Origin: Eledone cirrhosa
Taxonomy: Eukaryota
Assembly (NCBI GenBank): GCA_964016885.1
Contig: OZ024753.1
Span: 25,048,001 to 25,112,000, forward strand
DNA length: 64,000 bases
Reading direction: 5' to 3'
A program made the position numbers and the translations under genes. This document shows positions 31,401-47,700 of the stretch, one piece after another (the stretch's first letter is position 1; each line of letters starts with the position of its first letter). A model generated the notes under the pieces. It saw only the letters and a list, made by a program, of their open reading frames with translations, did not search any database and was not told the origin of the DNA.

Positions 31401-32490
31401 AGATATAGAAACATGATAGTAATAACTCCAGTCAAGATATAGAAACATGATAGTAATAACTCCAGCCAAGACATAGAAACATGATAGTAATAACTCCAGC
31501 CAACACATAGAAACATGATAGTAATAACTCCAGCCAAGATATAGAAACAGGATAGTAATAACTCCAGTCAAGACATAGAAACATGATAGTAATAACTCCA
31601 GTCCAGACATAGAAACATGATAGTAATAACTCCAACCAAGTCATAGAAACATGATAGTAATAACTCCAGTCAAGACATAGAAACAGGATAGTAATAACTC
31701 CAGTCAAGACATAGAAACATTATAGTAATAACACCAACCAAGACATAGGAACAGGATAGTAATAACTCCAGTCAAAACATAGAAACAGGATAGTAATAAC
31801 TCCAACCAAGATATAGAAACAGGATAGTAATAACTCCAACCAAGACATAGAAACAGGATAGTAATAACTCGAGACAAGACATAGAAACAGGATAGTAATA
31901 ACTCCAACCAAGACATAGAAACAGGATAGTAATAACTCCAGACAAGACTGAGAAACATGATAATAATAACTCCAACCAAGACATAGAAACATGATAGTAA
32001 TAACCCCAATCATGACATAAAAACATGATAATAATAACTTCAGTCAAGATATAGAAACATGATAGTAATAACTCCAGTCAAGATATAGAAACATGATAGT
32101 AATAACTCCAGCCAAGACATAGAAACATGATAGTAATAACTCCAGCCAACACATAGAAACATGATAGTAATAACTCCAGCCAAGATATAGAAACAGGATA
32201 GTAATAACTCCAGTCAAGACATAGAAACATGATAGTAATAACTCCAGTCCAGACATAGAAACATGATAGTAATAACTCCAACCAAGTCATAGAAACATGA
32301 TAGTAATAACTCCAGTCAAGACATAGAAACAGGATAGTAATAACTCCAGTCAAGACATAGAAACATTATAGTAATAACACCAACCAAGACATAGGAACAG
32401 GATAGTAATAACTCCAGTCAAAACATAGAAACAGGATAGTAATAACTCCAACCAAGATATAGAAACAGGATAGTAATAACTCCAGTCAAG
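31200..32490. repeat. 646-bp (19-monomer) tandem duplication
   Basis: CTCGAG occurs at 31222 and 31868. ORFs 31398/32044 and 31432/32078 are identical at offset 646. Confidence 0.88.
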
Positions 32491-35400
32491 ACATAGAAAC
32501 ATGATAATAATAACTCCAACCAAGACATAGAAACATGATAGTAATAAACCCAATCATGACATAAAAACATGATAATAATAACTTCAGTCAAGATATAGAA
32601 ACATGATAGTAATAACTCCAGTCAAGATATAGAAACATGATAGTAATAACTCCAGCCAAGACATAGAAACATGATAGTAATAACTCCAGCCAACACATAG
32701 AAACATGATAGTAATAACTCCAGCCAAGATATAGAAACAGGATAGTAATAACTCCAGTCAAGCCATAGAAACATGATAGTAATAACTCCAGTCAAGACAT
32801 AGAAACATGATAGTAATAACTCCAGTCAAGACATAGAAACATGATAGTAATAACCCCAATCAAGTTATAGAAACACGATAGTAATAACTCCAACCAAGAC
32901 ATAGAAACATGATAGTAATAACTCCAACCAAAATATAGAAACAGGATAGTAATAACTCTAACCAAGATATAGAAACATGACAGTAATAACTCCAGCAAAG
33001 ATATAGAAACAGGATAGTAATAACTCCAACCAAGACATAGAAACAGGATAGTAATAACTCCAACCAAAATATGGAAACATGATAGTAATAACTCCAACCA
33101 AGACATAGAAACATGATAGTAATAACTCCAACCAAGACATAGAAACAGGATAGTAATAACTCCAACCAAGATATAGAAATAGGATAGTAATAACTCCAAC
33201 CAAAATATTGAAACATGATAGTAATAACTCCAACCAAGATATAGAAACAGGATAGTAATAACTCCAACCAAGACATAGAAACAGGATAGTAATAACTCCA
33301 AACTAAATGTGGAAACATGATAGTAATAACTCCAATCAAGACATAGAAACAGGATAGTAATAACTCCTACCAAGACATAGAAACATGATAGTAATAACTC
33401 CAACCAAGACATAGAAACAGGATAGTAATAACTCCAGCCAAGATATAGAAACAGGATAGTAATAACTCCAACCAAGACATAGAAACATGATAGTAATAAC
33501 TCCAACCAAGATATAGAAACAGGATAGTAATAACTCCAACCAAGACATAGAAACATGATAGTAATAACTCCAACCAAGATATAGAAACAGGATAGTAATA
33601 ACTCCAACCAAGACATAGAAACATGATAGTAATAACTCAAACCAAGATATAGAAACAGGATAGTAATAACTCCAACCAAGACATAGAAAAAGGATAGTAA
33701 TAACTCCAGCCAAGATATAGAAACAGGATAGTAATAACTCCAACCAAGACATAGAAACAGGATAGTAATAACTACAACCAAGATATAGAAACAGGATAGT
33801 AATAACTCCAACCAAGACATAGAAAAAGGATAGTAATAACTCCAGCCAAGATATAGAAACAGGATAGTAATAACTCCAACCAAGACATAGAAACAGGATA
33901 GTAATAACTCCAACCAAGACATAGAAACAGGATAGTAATAACTCCAACCAAGACATAGAAACAGGATAGTAATAACTACAACCAAGATATAGAAACATGA
34001 TAGTAATAACTCCAGCCAAGATATAGAAACAGGATAGTAATAACTCCAACCAAGACATAGAAACAAGATAGTAATAACTCCAACCAAAATATGGAAACAT
34101 GATAGTAATAACTCCAATCAAGACATAGAAACAGGATAGTAATAACTCCAACCAAGACAGAGAAACAGGATAGTAATAACTCCAGTCAAGACATAGAAAC
34201 AGGATAGTAATAACTCCAGTCAAGACACAGAAACAGGATAGTAATAACTCCAGTCAAGACATAGAAACATTATAGTAATAACACCAACCAAGACATAGGA
34301 ACAGGATAGTAATAACTCCAGTCAAAACATAGAAACAGGATAGTAATAACTCCAACCAAGATATAGAAACAGGATAGTAATAACTCCAGTCAAGACATAG
34401 AAACAGGATAGTAATAACTCCAACCAAGACATAGAAACATGATAGTAATAACTCCAACCAAGATATAGAAACATGATAGTAATAACTCCAGTCAAGACAT
34501 AGAAACATGATAGTAATAACTCCAGTCAAGACATAGAAACAGGATAGTAATAACTCCAACCAAGATATAGAAACAGGATAGTAATAACTCCAGTCAAGAC
34601 ATAGTAACAGGATAGTAATAACTCCAACCAAGATATAGAAACAGGATAGTAATAACTCCAGCAAAGACATAGAAACAGGATAGTAATAACTCCAGTCAAG
34701 ACATAGAAACATGATAGTAATAACTCCAGTCAAGCCATAGAAGCATGATAGTAATAACTCCAACCAAGATATAGAAACAAGATAGTAATAACTCCAACCA
34801 AGACATAGAAACATGATAGTAATAACTCCAGTCAAGACATAGAAACATGATAGTAATAACACCAGGCACGACGTCGAAACAGGATAGTAATAACTCCTGC
34901 CAAGATATAGAAACAGGATAGTAATAACTCCAACCAAGACATAGAAACAGGATAGTCATAACTCCAACCAAGACATAGAAACATGATAGTAATAACTCCA
35001 ACCAAGACATAGAAACATGATAGTAATAACTCCAACCAAGATATAGAAACAGGATAGTAATAACTCCAGTCAAGACATAGTAACAGGATAGTAATAACTC
35101 CAACCAAGATATAGAAACAGGATAGTAATAACTCCAGTCAAGACATAGTAACAGGATAGTAATAACTCCAACCAAGACATAGAAACATGATAGTAATAAC
35201 TCCAACCAAAATATAGAAACAGGATAGTAATAACTCTAACCAAGATATAGAAACATGGTAGTAATAACTCCAACCAAAATATAGAAACATGATAGTAGTA
35301 ACTCCAACCAAGACATAGAAACATGATAGTAATAACTCCAACCAAGAATTAGAAATAGGATAGTAATAACTCCAACCAAGATATAGAAATAGGATAGTAA

Positions 35401-38400
35401 TAACTCCAACCAAAATATTGAAACATGATAGTAATAACTCCAACCAAGATATAGAAACAGGATAGCAATAACTCCAACCAAGACATAGAAACAGGATAGT
35501 AATAACTCCAAACTAAATATGGAAACATGATAGTAATAACTCCAATCAAGACATAGAAACAGGATAGTAATAACTCCTACCAAGACATAGAAACAGGATA
35601 GTAATAACTCCAACCAAACATAGAAACAGGATAGTAATAACTCAAGCCAAGATATAGAAACAGTATAGAAATAACTCCAACCAAGACATAGAAACAGGAT
35701 AGTAATAACTCCAACCAAGACATAGAAACAGGATAGTAATAACTCCAGCCAAGATATAGAAACAGGATAGTAATAACTCCAACCAAGACATAGAAACATG
35801 ATAGTAATAACTGCAACCAAGATATAGAAACAGGATAGTAATAACTCCAACCAAGACATAGAAACATGATTATAATAACTCAAACCAAGATATAGAAACA
35901 GGATAGTAATAACTCCAACCAAGACATAGAAAAAGGATAGTAATAACTCCAGCCAAGATATAGAAACAGGATAGTAATAACTCCAACCAAGACATAGAAA
36001 CAGGATAGTAATAACTACAACCAAGATATTGAAACAGGATAGTAATAACTCCAACCAAGACATAGAAAAAGGATAGTAATAACTCAAGCCAAGATATAGA
36101 AACAGGATAGTAATAACTCCAACAAAGACATAGAAACAGGATAGTAATAACTCCAACCAAGACATAGAAACAGTATAGTAATAACTCCAACCAAGACATA
36201 GCAACAGGATAGTAATAACTAGTACCAAGATATAGAAACATGATAGTAATAACTCCAGCCAAGATATAGAAACAGGATAGTAATAACTCCAACCAAGACA
36301 TAGAAACAGGATAGTAATAACTCCAACCAAAATATGGAAACATGATAATAATAACTCCAACCAAGTTATAGAAACAGGATAGTAATAACTCCAGTCAAGA
36401 CATAGTAACAGGATAGTAATAACTACAACCAAGATATAGAAACATGATAGTAATAACTCCAGTCAAGACATAGAAACAGGATAGTAATAACTCCAGCCAA
36501 GATATAGAAACAGGATAGTAATAACTCCAGTCAAGACATAGAAACATGATAGTAATAACTCCAGTCAAGATATAGAAACAGGACAGTAATAACTCCAGTC
36601 AAGACATAGAAACATGATAGTAATAACTCCAGTCAAGACATAGAAACATGATAGTAATAACTCCAGTCAAGATATAGAAACAGGATAGTAATAACTCCAG
36701 TCAAGACATAGAAACATGATAGTAATAACTCCAACCAAGTCATAGAAACATGATAGTAATAACTCCAGCCAAGATATAGAAACAGGATAGTAATAACTCC
36801 AGTCAAGACATAGAAACATGATAGTAATAACTCCAGTCAAGACATAGAAACATGATAGTAATAACTCCAACCAAGTCATAGAAACATGATAGTAATAACT
36901 CCAGTCAAGACATAGAAACAGGATATTAATAACTCCAGTCAAGACATAGAAACATGATAGTAATAACTCCAACCAAGTCATAGAAACATGATAGTAATAA
37001 CTCCAGCCAAGATATAGAAACAGGATAGTAATAACTCCAGTCAAGACATAGAAACATGATAGTAATAACTCCAGTCAAGACATAGAAACATGATAGTAAT
37101 AACTCCAACCAAGTCATAGAAACATGATAGTAATAACTCCAGTCAAGACATAGAAACAGGATAGTAATAACTCCAGTCAAGACATAGAAACATTATAGTA
37201 ATAACACCAACCAAGACATAGGAACAGGATAGTAATAACTCCAGTCAAAACATAGAAACAGGATAGTAATAACTCCAACCAAGATATAGAAACAGGATAG
37301 TAATAACTCCAGTCAAGACATAGAAACATGATAATAATAACTCCAACCAAGACATAGAAACATGATAGTAATAAACCCAATCATGACATAAAAACATGAT
37401 AATAATAACTTCAGTCAAGATATAGAAACATGATAGTAATAACTCCAGTCAAGATATAGAAACATGATAGTAATAATTCCAGCCAAGACATAGAAACATG
37501 ATAGTAATAACTCCAGCCAACACATAGAAACATGATAGTAATAACTCCAGCCAAGATATAGAAACAGGATAGTAATAACTCCAGTCAAGACATAGAAACA
37601 TGATAGTAATAACTCCAGTCAAGACATAGAAACATGATAGTAATAACTCCAGTCAAGACATAGAAACATGATAGTAATAACCCCAATCAAGTTATAGAAA
37701 CATGATAGTAATAACTCCAACCAAGACATAGAAACATGATAGTAATAACTCCAACAAAAAATATAGAAACAGGATAGTAATAACTCTAACCAAGATATAG
37801 AAACATGACAGTAATAACTCCAGCCAAGATATAGAAACAGGATAGTAATAACTCCAACCAAGACATAGAAACAGGATAGTAATAACTCCAACCAAAATAT
37901 GGAAACATGATAGTAATAACTCCAACCAAGACATAGAAACATGATAGTAATAACTCCAACCAAGACATAGAAACAGGATAGTAATAACTCCAACCAAGAT
38001 ATAGAAATAGGATAGTAATAACTCCAACCAAAATATTGAAACATGATAGTAATAACTCCAACCAAGATATAGAAACAGGATAGTAATAACTCCAACCAAG
38101 ACATAGAAACAGGATAGTAATAACTCCAAACTAAATGTGGAAACATGATAGTAATAACTCCAATCAAGACATAGAAACAGGATAGTAATAACTCCTACCA
38201 AGACATAGAAACATGATAGTAATAACTCCAACCAAGACATAGAAACAGGATAGTAATAACTCCAGCCAAGATATAGAAACAGGATAGTAATAACTCCAAC
38301 CAAGACATAGAAACATGATAGTAATAACTCCAACCAAGATATAGAAACAGGATAGTAATAACTCCAACCAAGACATAGAAACATGATAGTAATAACTCCA

Positions 38401-41400
38401 ACCAAGATATAGAAACAGGATAGTAATAACTCCAACCAAGACATAGAAACATGATAGTAATAACTCAAACCAAGATATAGAAACAGGATAGTAATAACTC
38501 CAACCAAGACATAGAAAAAGGATAGTAATAACTCCAGCCAAGATATAGAAACAGGATAGTAATAACTCCAACCAAGACATAGAAACAGGATAGTAATAAC
38601 TACAATCAAGATATAGAAACAGGATAGTAATAACTCCAACCAAGACATAGAAAAAGGATAGTAATAACTCCAGCCAAGATATAGAAACAGGATAGTAATA
38701 ACTCCAACCAAGACATAGAAACAGGATAGTAATAACTCCAACCAAGACATAGAAACAGGATAGTAATAACTCCAACCAAGACATAGAAACAGGATAGTAA
38801 TAACTACAACCAAAATATGGAAACATGATAGTAATAACTCCAATCAAGACATAGAAACAGGATAGTAATAACTCCAACCAAGACAGAGAAACAGGATAGT
38901 AATAACTCCAGTCAAGACATAGAAACAGGATAGTAATAACTCCAGCCAAGATATAGAAACAGGATAGTAATAACTCCAGTCAAGACATAGAAACATGATA
39001 GTAATAACTCCAGTCAAGACATAGAAACATGATAGTAATAACTCCAGTCAAGACATAGAAACAGGATAGTAATAACTCCAGTCAAGACATAGAAACATGA
39101 TAGTAATAACTCCAACCAAGTCATAGAAACATGATAGTAATAACTCCAGTCAAGACACAGAAACAGGATAGTAATAACTCCAGTCAAGACATAGAAACAT
39201 TATAGTAATAACACCAACCAAGACATAGGAACAGGATAGTAATAACTCCAGTCAAGACATAGAAACAGGATAGTAATAACTCCAACCAAGATATAGAAAC
39301 AGGATAGTAATAACTCCAGTCAAGACATAGAAACAGGATAGTAATAACTCCAACCAAGACATAGAAACATGATAGTAATAACTCCAACCAAGATATAGAA
39401 ACATGATAGTAATAACTCCAGTCAAGACATAGAAACATGATAGTAATAACTCCAGTCAAGACATAGAAACAGGATAGTAATAACTCCAACCAAGATATAG
39501 AAACAGGATAGTAATAACTCCAGTCAAGACATAGTAACAGGATAGTAATAACTCCAACCAAGATATAGAAACAGGATAGTAATAACTCCAGCAAAGACAT
39601 AGAAACAGGATAGTAATAACTCCAGTCAAGACATAGAAACATGCTAGTAATAACTCCAGTCAAGCCATAGAAGCATGATAGTAATAACTCCAACCAAGAT
39701 ATAGAAACAAGATAGTAATAACTCCAACCAAGACATAGAAACATGATAGTAATAACTCCAGTCAAGACATAGAAACATGATAGTAATAACACCAGTCACG
39801 ACGTCGAAACAGGATAGTAATAACTCCTGCCAAGATATAGAAACAGGATAGTAATAACTCCAACCAAGACATAGAAACAGGGTAGTAATAACTCCAACCA
39901 AGACATAGAAACATGATAGTAATAACTCCAACCAAGACATAGAAACATGATAGTAATAACTCCAACCAAGATATAGAAACAGGATAGTAATAACTCCAGT
40001 CAAGACATAGTAACAGGATAGTAATAACTCCAACCAAGATATAGAAACAGGATAGTAATAACTCCAGTCAAGACATAGTAACAGGATAGTAATAACTCCA
40101 ACCAAGACATAGAAACATGATAGTAATAACTCCAACCAAAATATAGAAACAGGATAGTAATAACTCTAACCAAGATATAGAAACATGGTAGTAATAACTC
40201 CAACCAAAATATAGAAACATGATAGTAGTAACTCCAACCAAGACATAGAAACATGATAGTAATAACTCCAACCAAGAATTAGAAACAGGATAGTAATAAC
40301 TCCAACCAAGATATAGAAATAGGATAGTAATAACTCCAACCAAAATATTGAAACATGATAGTAACAACTCCAACCAAGATATAGAAACAGGATAGTAATA
40401 ACTCCAACCAAGACATAGAAACAGGATAGTAATAACTCCAAACTAAATATGGAAACATGATAGTAATAACTCCAATCAAGACATAGAAACAGGATAGTAA
40501 TAACTCCTACCAAGACATAGAAACAGGATAGTAATAACTCCAACCAAGACATAGAAACAGGATAGTAATAACTCCAGCCAAGATATAGAAACAGTATAGT
40601 AATAACTCCAACCAAGACATAGAAACAGGATAGTAATAACTCCAACCAAGACATAGAAACAGGATAGTAATAACTCCAGCCAAGATATAGAAACAGGATA
40701 GTAATAACTCCAACCAAGACATAGAAACATGATAGTAATAACTCCAACCAAGATATAGAAACAGGATAGTAATAACTCCAACCAAGACATAGAAACATGA
40801 TTATAATAACTCAAACCAAGATATAGAAACAGGATAGTAATAACTCCAACCAAGACATAGAAAAAGGATAGTAATAACTCCAGCCAAGATATAGAAACAG
40901 GATAGTAATAACTCCAACCAAGACATAGAAACAGGATAGTAATAACTACAACCAAGATATTGAAACAGGATAGTAATAACTCCAACCAAGACATAGAAAA
41001 AGGATAGTAATAACTCCAGCCAAGATATAGAAACAGGATAGTAATAACTCCAACAAAGACATAGAAACAGGATAGTGATAACTCCAGTCAAGACATAGAA
41101 ACAGGATAGTAATAACTCCAGCCAAGATATAGAAACAGGATAGTAATAACTCCAGTCAAGACATAGAAACATGATAGTAATAACTCCAGTCAAGATATAG
41201 AAACAGGATAGTAATAACTCCAGTCAAGACATAGAAACATGATAGTAATAACTCCAGTCAAGACATAGAAACATGATAGTAATAACTCCAGTCAAGACAT
41301 AGAAACAGGATAGTAATAACTCCAACCAAGTCATAGAAACATGATAGTAATAACTCCAGCCAAGATATAGAAACAGGATAGTAATAACTCCAGTCAAGAC

Positions 41401-41770
41401 ATAGAAACATGATAGTAATAACTCCAGTCAAGACATAGAAACATGATAGTAATAACTCCAACCAAGTCATAGAAACATGATAGTAATAACTCCAGTCAAG
41501 ACATAGAAACAGGATAGTAATAACTCCAGTCAAGACATAGAAACATGATAGTAATAACTCCAACCAAGTCATAGAAACATGATAGTAATAACTCCAGCCA
41601 AGATATAGAAACAGGATAGTAATAACTCCAGTCAAGACATAGAAACATGATAGTAATAACTCCAGTCAAGACATAGAAACATGATAGTAATAACTCCAAC
41701 CAAGTCATAGAAACATGATAGTAATAACTCCAGTCAAGACATAGAAACAGGATAGTAATAACTCCAGTCA
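32350..41770. repeat. Two related units of about 4.6-4.9 kb (135-145 monomers)
   Basis: ORF pairs are offset as follows: 32350/37177 (4827), 33336/38164 (4828), 34832/39762 and 35070/40000 (4930), 37177/41768 (4591). ACGACGTCG occurs at 34868 and 39798. Confidence 0.82.
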
Positions 41771-44700
41771 AGACATAGAAACATTATAGTAATAACACCA
41801 ACCAAGACATAGGAACAGGATAGTAATAACTCCAGTCAAAACATAGAAACAGGATAGTAATAACTCCAACCAAGATATAGAAACAGGATAGTAATAACTC
41901 CAGTCAAGACATAGAAACATGATAATAATAACTCCAACCAAGACATAGAAACATGATAGTAATAAACCCAATCATGACATAAAAACATGATAATAATAAC
42001 TTCAGTCAAGATATAGAAACATGATAGTAATAACTCCAGTCAAGATATAGAAACATGATAGTAATAACTCCAGCCAAGACATAGAAACATGATAGTAATA
42101 ACTCCAGCCAACACATAGAAACATGATAGTAATAACTCCAGCCAAGATATAGAAACAGGATAGTAATAACTCCAGTCAAGACATAGAAACATGATAGTAA
42201 TAACTCCAGTCAAGACATAGAAACATGATAGTAATAACTCCAGCCAAGACATAGAAACATGATAGTAATAACTCCAGCCAACACTTAGAAACAGGATAGT
42301 AATAACTCCAGTCAAGACATAGAAACAGGATAGTAATAACTCCAACCAAGACATAGAAACAGGATAGTAATAACTCCAACCAAAATATGGAAACATGATA
42401 GTAATAACTCCAACCAAGACATAGAAACATGATAGTAATAACTCCAACCAAGACATAGAAACAAGATAGTAATAACTCCAACCAAGATATAGAAATAGGA
42501 TAGTAATAACTCCAACCAAAATATTGAAACATGATAGTAATAACTCAAACCAAGATATAGAAACAGGATAGTAATAACTCCAACCAAGACATAGAAAAAG
42601 GATAGTAATAACTCCAGCCAAGATATAGAAACAGGATAGTAATAACTCCAACCAAGACATAGAAACAGGATAGTAATAACTACAACCAAGATATTGAAAC
42701 AGGATAGTAATAACTCCAACCAAGACATAGAAAAAGGATAGTAATAACTCCAACAAAGACATAGAAACAGGATAGTAATAACTCCAACCAAGACATAGAA
42801 ACAGGATAGTAATAACTCCAACCAAGACATAGAAACAGGATAGTAATAACTACAACCAAGATATAGAAACATGATAGTAATAACTCCAGCCAAGATATAG
42901 AAACAGGATAGTAATAACTCCAACCAAGACATAGAAACAGGATAGTAATAACTCCAACCAAAATATGGAAACATGATAGTAATAACTCCAACCAAGTTAT
43001 AGAAACATGATAGTAATAACTCCAGTCAAGACATAGAAACAGGATAGTAATAACTCCAGCCAAGATATAGAAACAGGATAGTAATAACTCCAGTCAAGAC
43101 ATAGAAACATGATAGTAATAACTCCAGTCAAGATATAGAAACAGGATAGTAATAACTCCAGTCAAGACATAGAAACATGATAGTAATAACTCCAGTCAAG
43201 ACATAGAAACATGATAGTAATAACTCCAGTCAAGACATAGAAACATGATAGTAATAACTCCAGCCAAGATATAGAAACAGGATAGTAATAACTCCAGTCA
43301 AGACATAGAAACATGATAGTAATAACTCCAGTCAAGACATAGAAACATGATAGTAATAACTCCAACCAAGTCATAGAAACATGATAGTAATAACTCCAGT
43401 CAAGACATAGAAACAGGATAGTAATAACTCCAGTCAAGACATAGAAACATGATAGTAATAACTCCAACCAAGTCATAGAAACATGATAGTAATAACTCCA
43501 GCCAAGATATAGAAACAGGATAGTAATAACTCCAGTCAAGACATAGAAACATGATAGTAATAACTCCAGTCAAGACATAGAAACATGATAGTAATAACTC
43601 CAACCAAGTCATAGAAACATGATAGTAATAAACCCAATCATGACATAAAAACATGATAATAATAACTTCAGTCAAGATATAGAAACATGATAGTAATAAC
43701 TCCAGTCAAGATATAGAAACATGATAGTAATAACTCCAGCCAAGACATAGAAACATGATAGTAATAACTCCAGCCAACACATAGAAACATGATAGTAATA
43801 ACTCCAGCCAAGATATAGAAACAGGATAGTAATAACTCCAGTCAAGACATAGAAACATGATAGTAATAACTCCAGTCAAGACATAGAAACATGATAGTAA
43901 TAACTCCAGCCAAGACATAGAAACATGATAGTAATAACTCCAGCCAACACATAGAAACATGATAGTAATAACTCCAGCCAAGATATAGAAACAGGATAGT
44001 AATAACTCCAGTCAAGACATAGAAACATGATACTAATAACTCCAGTCAAGACATAGAAACAGGATAGTAATAACTACAGTCAAGACATAGAAACAGGATA
44101 GTAATAACTCCAACCAAGACATAGAAACAGGATAGTAATAACTCCAACCAAAATATGGAAACATGATAGTAATAACTCCAACCAAGACATAGAAACATGA
44201 TAGTAATAACTCCAACCAAGACATAGAAACAGGATAGTAATAACTCCAACCAAGATATAGAAATAGGATAGTAATAACTCCAACCAAAATATTGAAACAT
44301 GATAGTAATAACTCCAACCAAGATATAGAAACAGGATAGTAATAACTCCAACCAAGACATAGAAACAGGATAGTAATAACTCCAAACTAAATGTGGAAAC
44401 ATGATAGTAATAACTCCAATCAAGACATAGAAACAGGATAGTAATAACTCCTACCAAGACATAGAAACATGATAGTAATAACTCCAACCAAGACATAGAA
44501 ACAGGATAGTAATAACTCCAGCCAAGATATAGAAACAGGATAGTAATGAATCCAACCAAGACATAGAAACATGATAGTAATATCTCCAACCAAGATATAG
44601 AAACAGGATAGTAATAACTCCAACCAAGACATAGAAACATGATAGTAATAACTGCAACCAAGATATAGAAACAGGATAGTAATAACTCCAACCAAGACAT

Positions 44701-47700
44701 AGAAACATGATAGTAATAACTCAAACCAAGATATAGAAACAGGATAGTAATAACTCCAACCAAGACATAGAAAAAGGATAGTAATAACTCCAGCCAAGAT
44801 ATAGAAACAGGATAGTAATAACTCCAACCTAGACATAGAAACAGGATAGTAATAACTACAACCAAGATATAGAAACAGGATAGTAATAACTCCAACCAAG
44901 ACATAGAAAAAGGATAGTAATAACTCCAGCCAAGATATAGAAACAGGATAGTAATAACTCCAACCAAGACATAGAAACAGGATAGTAATAACTCCAACCA
45001 AGACATAGAAACAGGATAGTAATAACTCCAACCAAGACATAGAAACAGGATAGTAATAACTACAACCAAGATATAGAAACATGATAGTAATAACTCCAGC
45101 CAAGATATAGAAACAGGATAGTAATAACTCCAACCAAGACATAGAAACAGGATAGTAATAACTCCAACCAAAATATGGAAACATGATAGTAATAACTCCA
45201 ATCAAGACATAGAAACAGGATAGTAATAACTCCAACCAAGACAGAGAAACAGGATAGTAATAACTCCAGTCAAGACATAGAAACAGGATAGTAATAACTC
45301 CAGCCAAGATATAGAAACAGGATAGTAATAACTCCAGTCAAGACATAGAAACATGATAGTAATAACTCCAGTCAAGACATAGAAACATGATAGTAATAAC
45401 TCCAGTCAAGACATAGAAACAGGATAGTAATAACTCCAGTCAAGACATAGAAACATGATAGTAATAACTCCAACCAAGTCATAGAAACATGATAGTAATA
45501 ACTCCAGTCAAGACACAGAAACAGGATAGTAATAACTCCAGTCAAGACATAGAAACATTATAGTAATAACACCAACCAAGACATAGGAACAGGATAGTAA
45601 TAACTCCAGTCAAGACATAGAAACAGGATAGTAATAACTCCAACCAAGATATAGAAACAGGATAGTAATAACTCCAGTCAAGACATAGAAACATGATAAT
45701 AATAACTCCAACCAAGACATAGAAACATGATAGTAATAAACCCAATCATGACATAAAAACATGATAATAATAACTTCAGTCAAGATATAGAAACATGATA
45801 GTAATAACTCCAGTCAAGATATAGAAACATGATAGTAATAACTCCAGCCAAGACATAGAAACATGATAGTAATAACTCCAGCCAACACATAGAAACATGA
45901 TAGTAATAACTCCAGCCAAGATATAGAAACAGGATAGTAATAACTCCAGTCAAGACATAGAAACATGATAGTAATAACTCCAGTCAAGATATAGAAACAT
46001 GATAGTAATAACTCCAGCCAAGACATAGAAACATGATAGTAATAACTCCAGCCAACACATAGAAACATGATAGTAATAACTCCAGCCAAGATATAGAAAC
46101 AGGATAGTAATAACTCCAGTCAAGACATAGAAACATGATAGTAATAACTCCAGTCAAGACATAGAAACAGGATAGTAATAACTCCAGTCAAGACATAGAA
46201 ACATTATAGTAATAACACCAACCAAGACATAGGAACAGGATAGTAATAACTCCAGTCAAGACATAGAAACAGGATAGTAATAACTCCAACCAAGACATAG
46301 AAACAGGATAGTAATAACTCCAACCAAAATATGGAAACATGATAGTAATAACTCCAACCAAGACATAGAAACATGATAGTAATAACTCCAACCAAGACAT
46401 AGAAACAAGATAGTAATAACTCCAACCAAGATATAGAAATAGGATAGTAATAACTCCAACCAAAATATTGAAACATGATAGTAATAACTCAAACCAAGAT
46501 ATAGAAACAGGATAGTAATAACTCCAACCAAGACATAGAAAAAGGATAGTAATAACTCCAGCCAAGATATAGAAACAGGATAGTAATAACTCCAACCAAG
46601 ACATAGAAACAGGATAGTAATAACTACAACCAAGATATTGAAACAGGATAGTAATAACTCCAACCAAGACATAGAAAAAGGATAGTAATAACTCCAGCCA
46701 AGATATAGAAACAGGATAGTAATAACTCCAACAAAGACATAGAAACAGGATAGTAATAACTCCAACCAAGACATAGAAACAGGATAGTAATAACTCCAAC
46801 CAAGACATAGAAACAGGATAGTAATAACTACAACCAAGATATAGAAACATGATAGTAATAACTCCAGCCAAGATATAGAAACAGGATAGTAATAACTCCA
46901 ACCAAGACATAGAAACAGGATAGTAATAACTCCAACCAAAATATGGAAACATGATAGTAATAACTCCAACCAAGTTATAGAAACAGGATAGTAATAACTC
47001 CAGTCAAGACATAGTAACAGGATAGTAATAACTACAACCAAGATATAGAAACATGATAGTAATAACTCCAGTCAAGACATAGAAACAGGATAGTAATAAC
47101 TCCAGCCAAGATATAGAAACAGGATAGTAATAACTCCAGTCAAGACATAGAAACATGATAGTAATAACTCCAGTCAAAATATAGAAACAGGATAGTAATA
47201 ACTCCAGTCAAGACATAGAAACATGATAGTAATAACTCCAGTCAAGACATAGAAACATGATAGTAATAACTCCAGTCAAGACATAGAAACAGGATAGTAA
47301 TAACTCCAGTCAAGACATAGAAACATGATAGTAATAACTCCAACCAAGTCATAGAAACATGATAGTAATAACTCCAGCCAAGATATAGAAACAGGATAGT
47401 AATAACTCCAGTCAAGACATAGAAACATGATAGTAATAACTCCAGTCAAGACATAGAAACATGATAGTAATAACTCCAACCAAGTCATAGAAACATGATA
47501 GTAATAACTCCAGTCAAGACATAGAAACAGGATAGTAATAACTCCAGTCAAGACATAGAAACATGATAGTAATAACTCCAACCAAGTCATAGAAACATGA
47601 TAGTAATAACTCCAGCCAAGATATAGAAACAGGATAGTAATAACTCCAGTCAAGACATAGAAACATGATAGTAATAACTCCAGTCAAGACATAGAAACAT

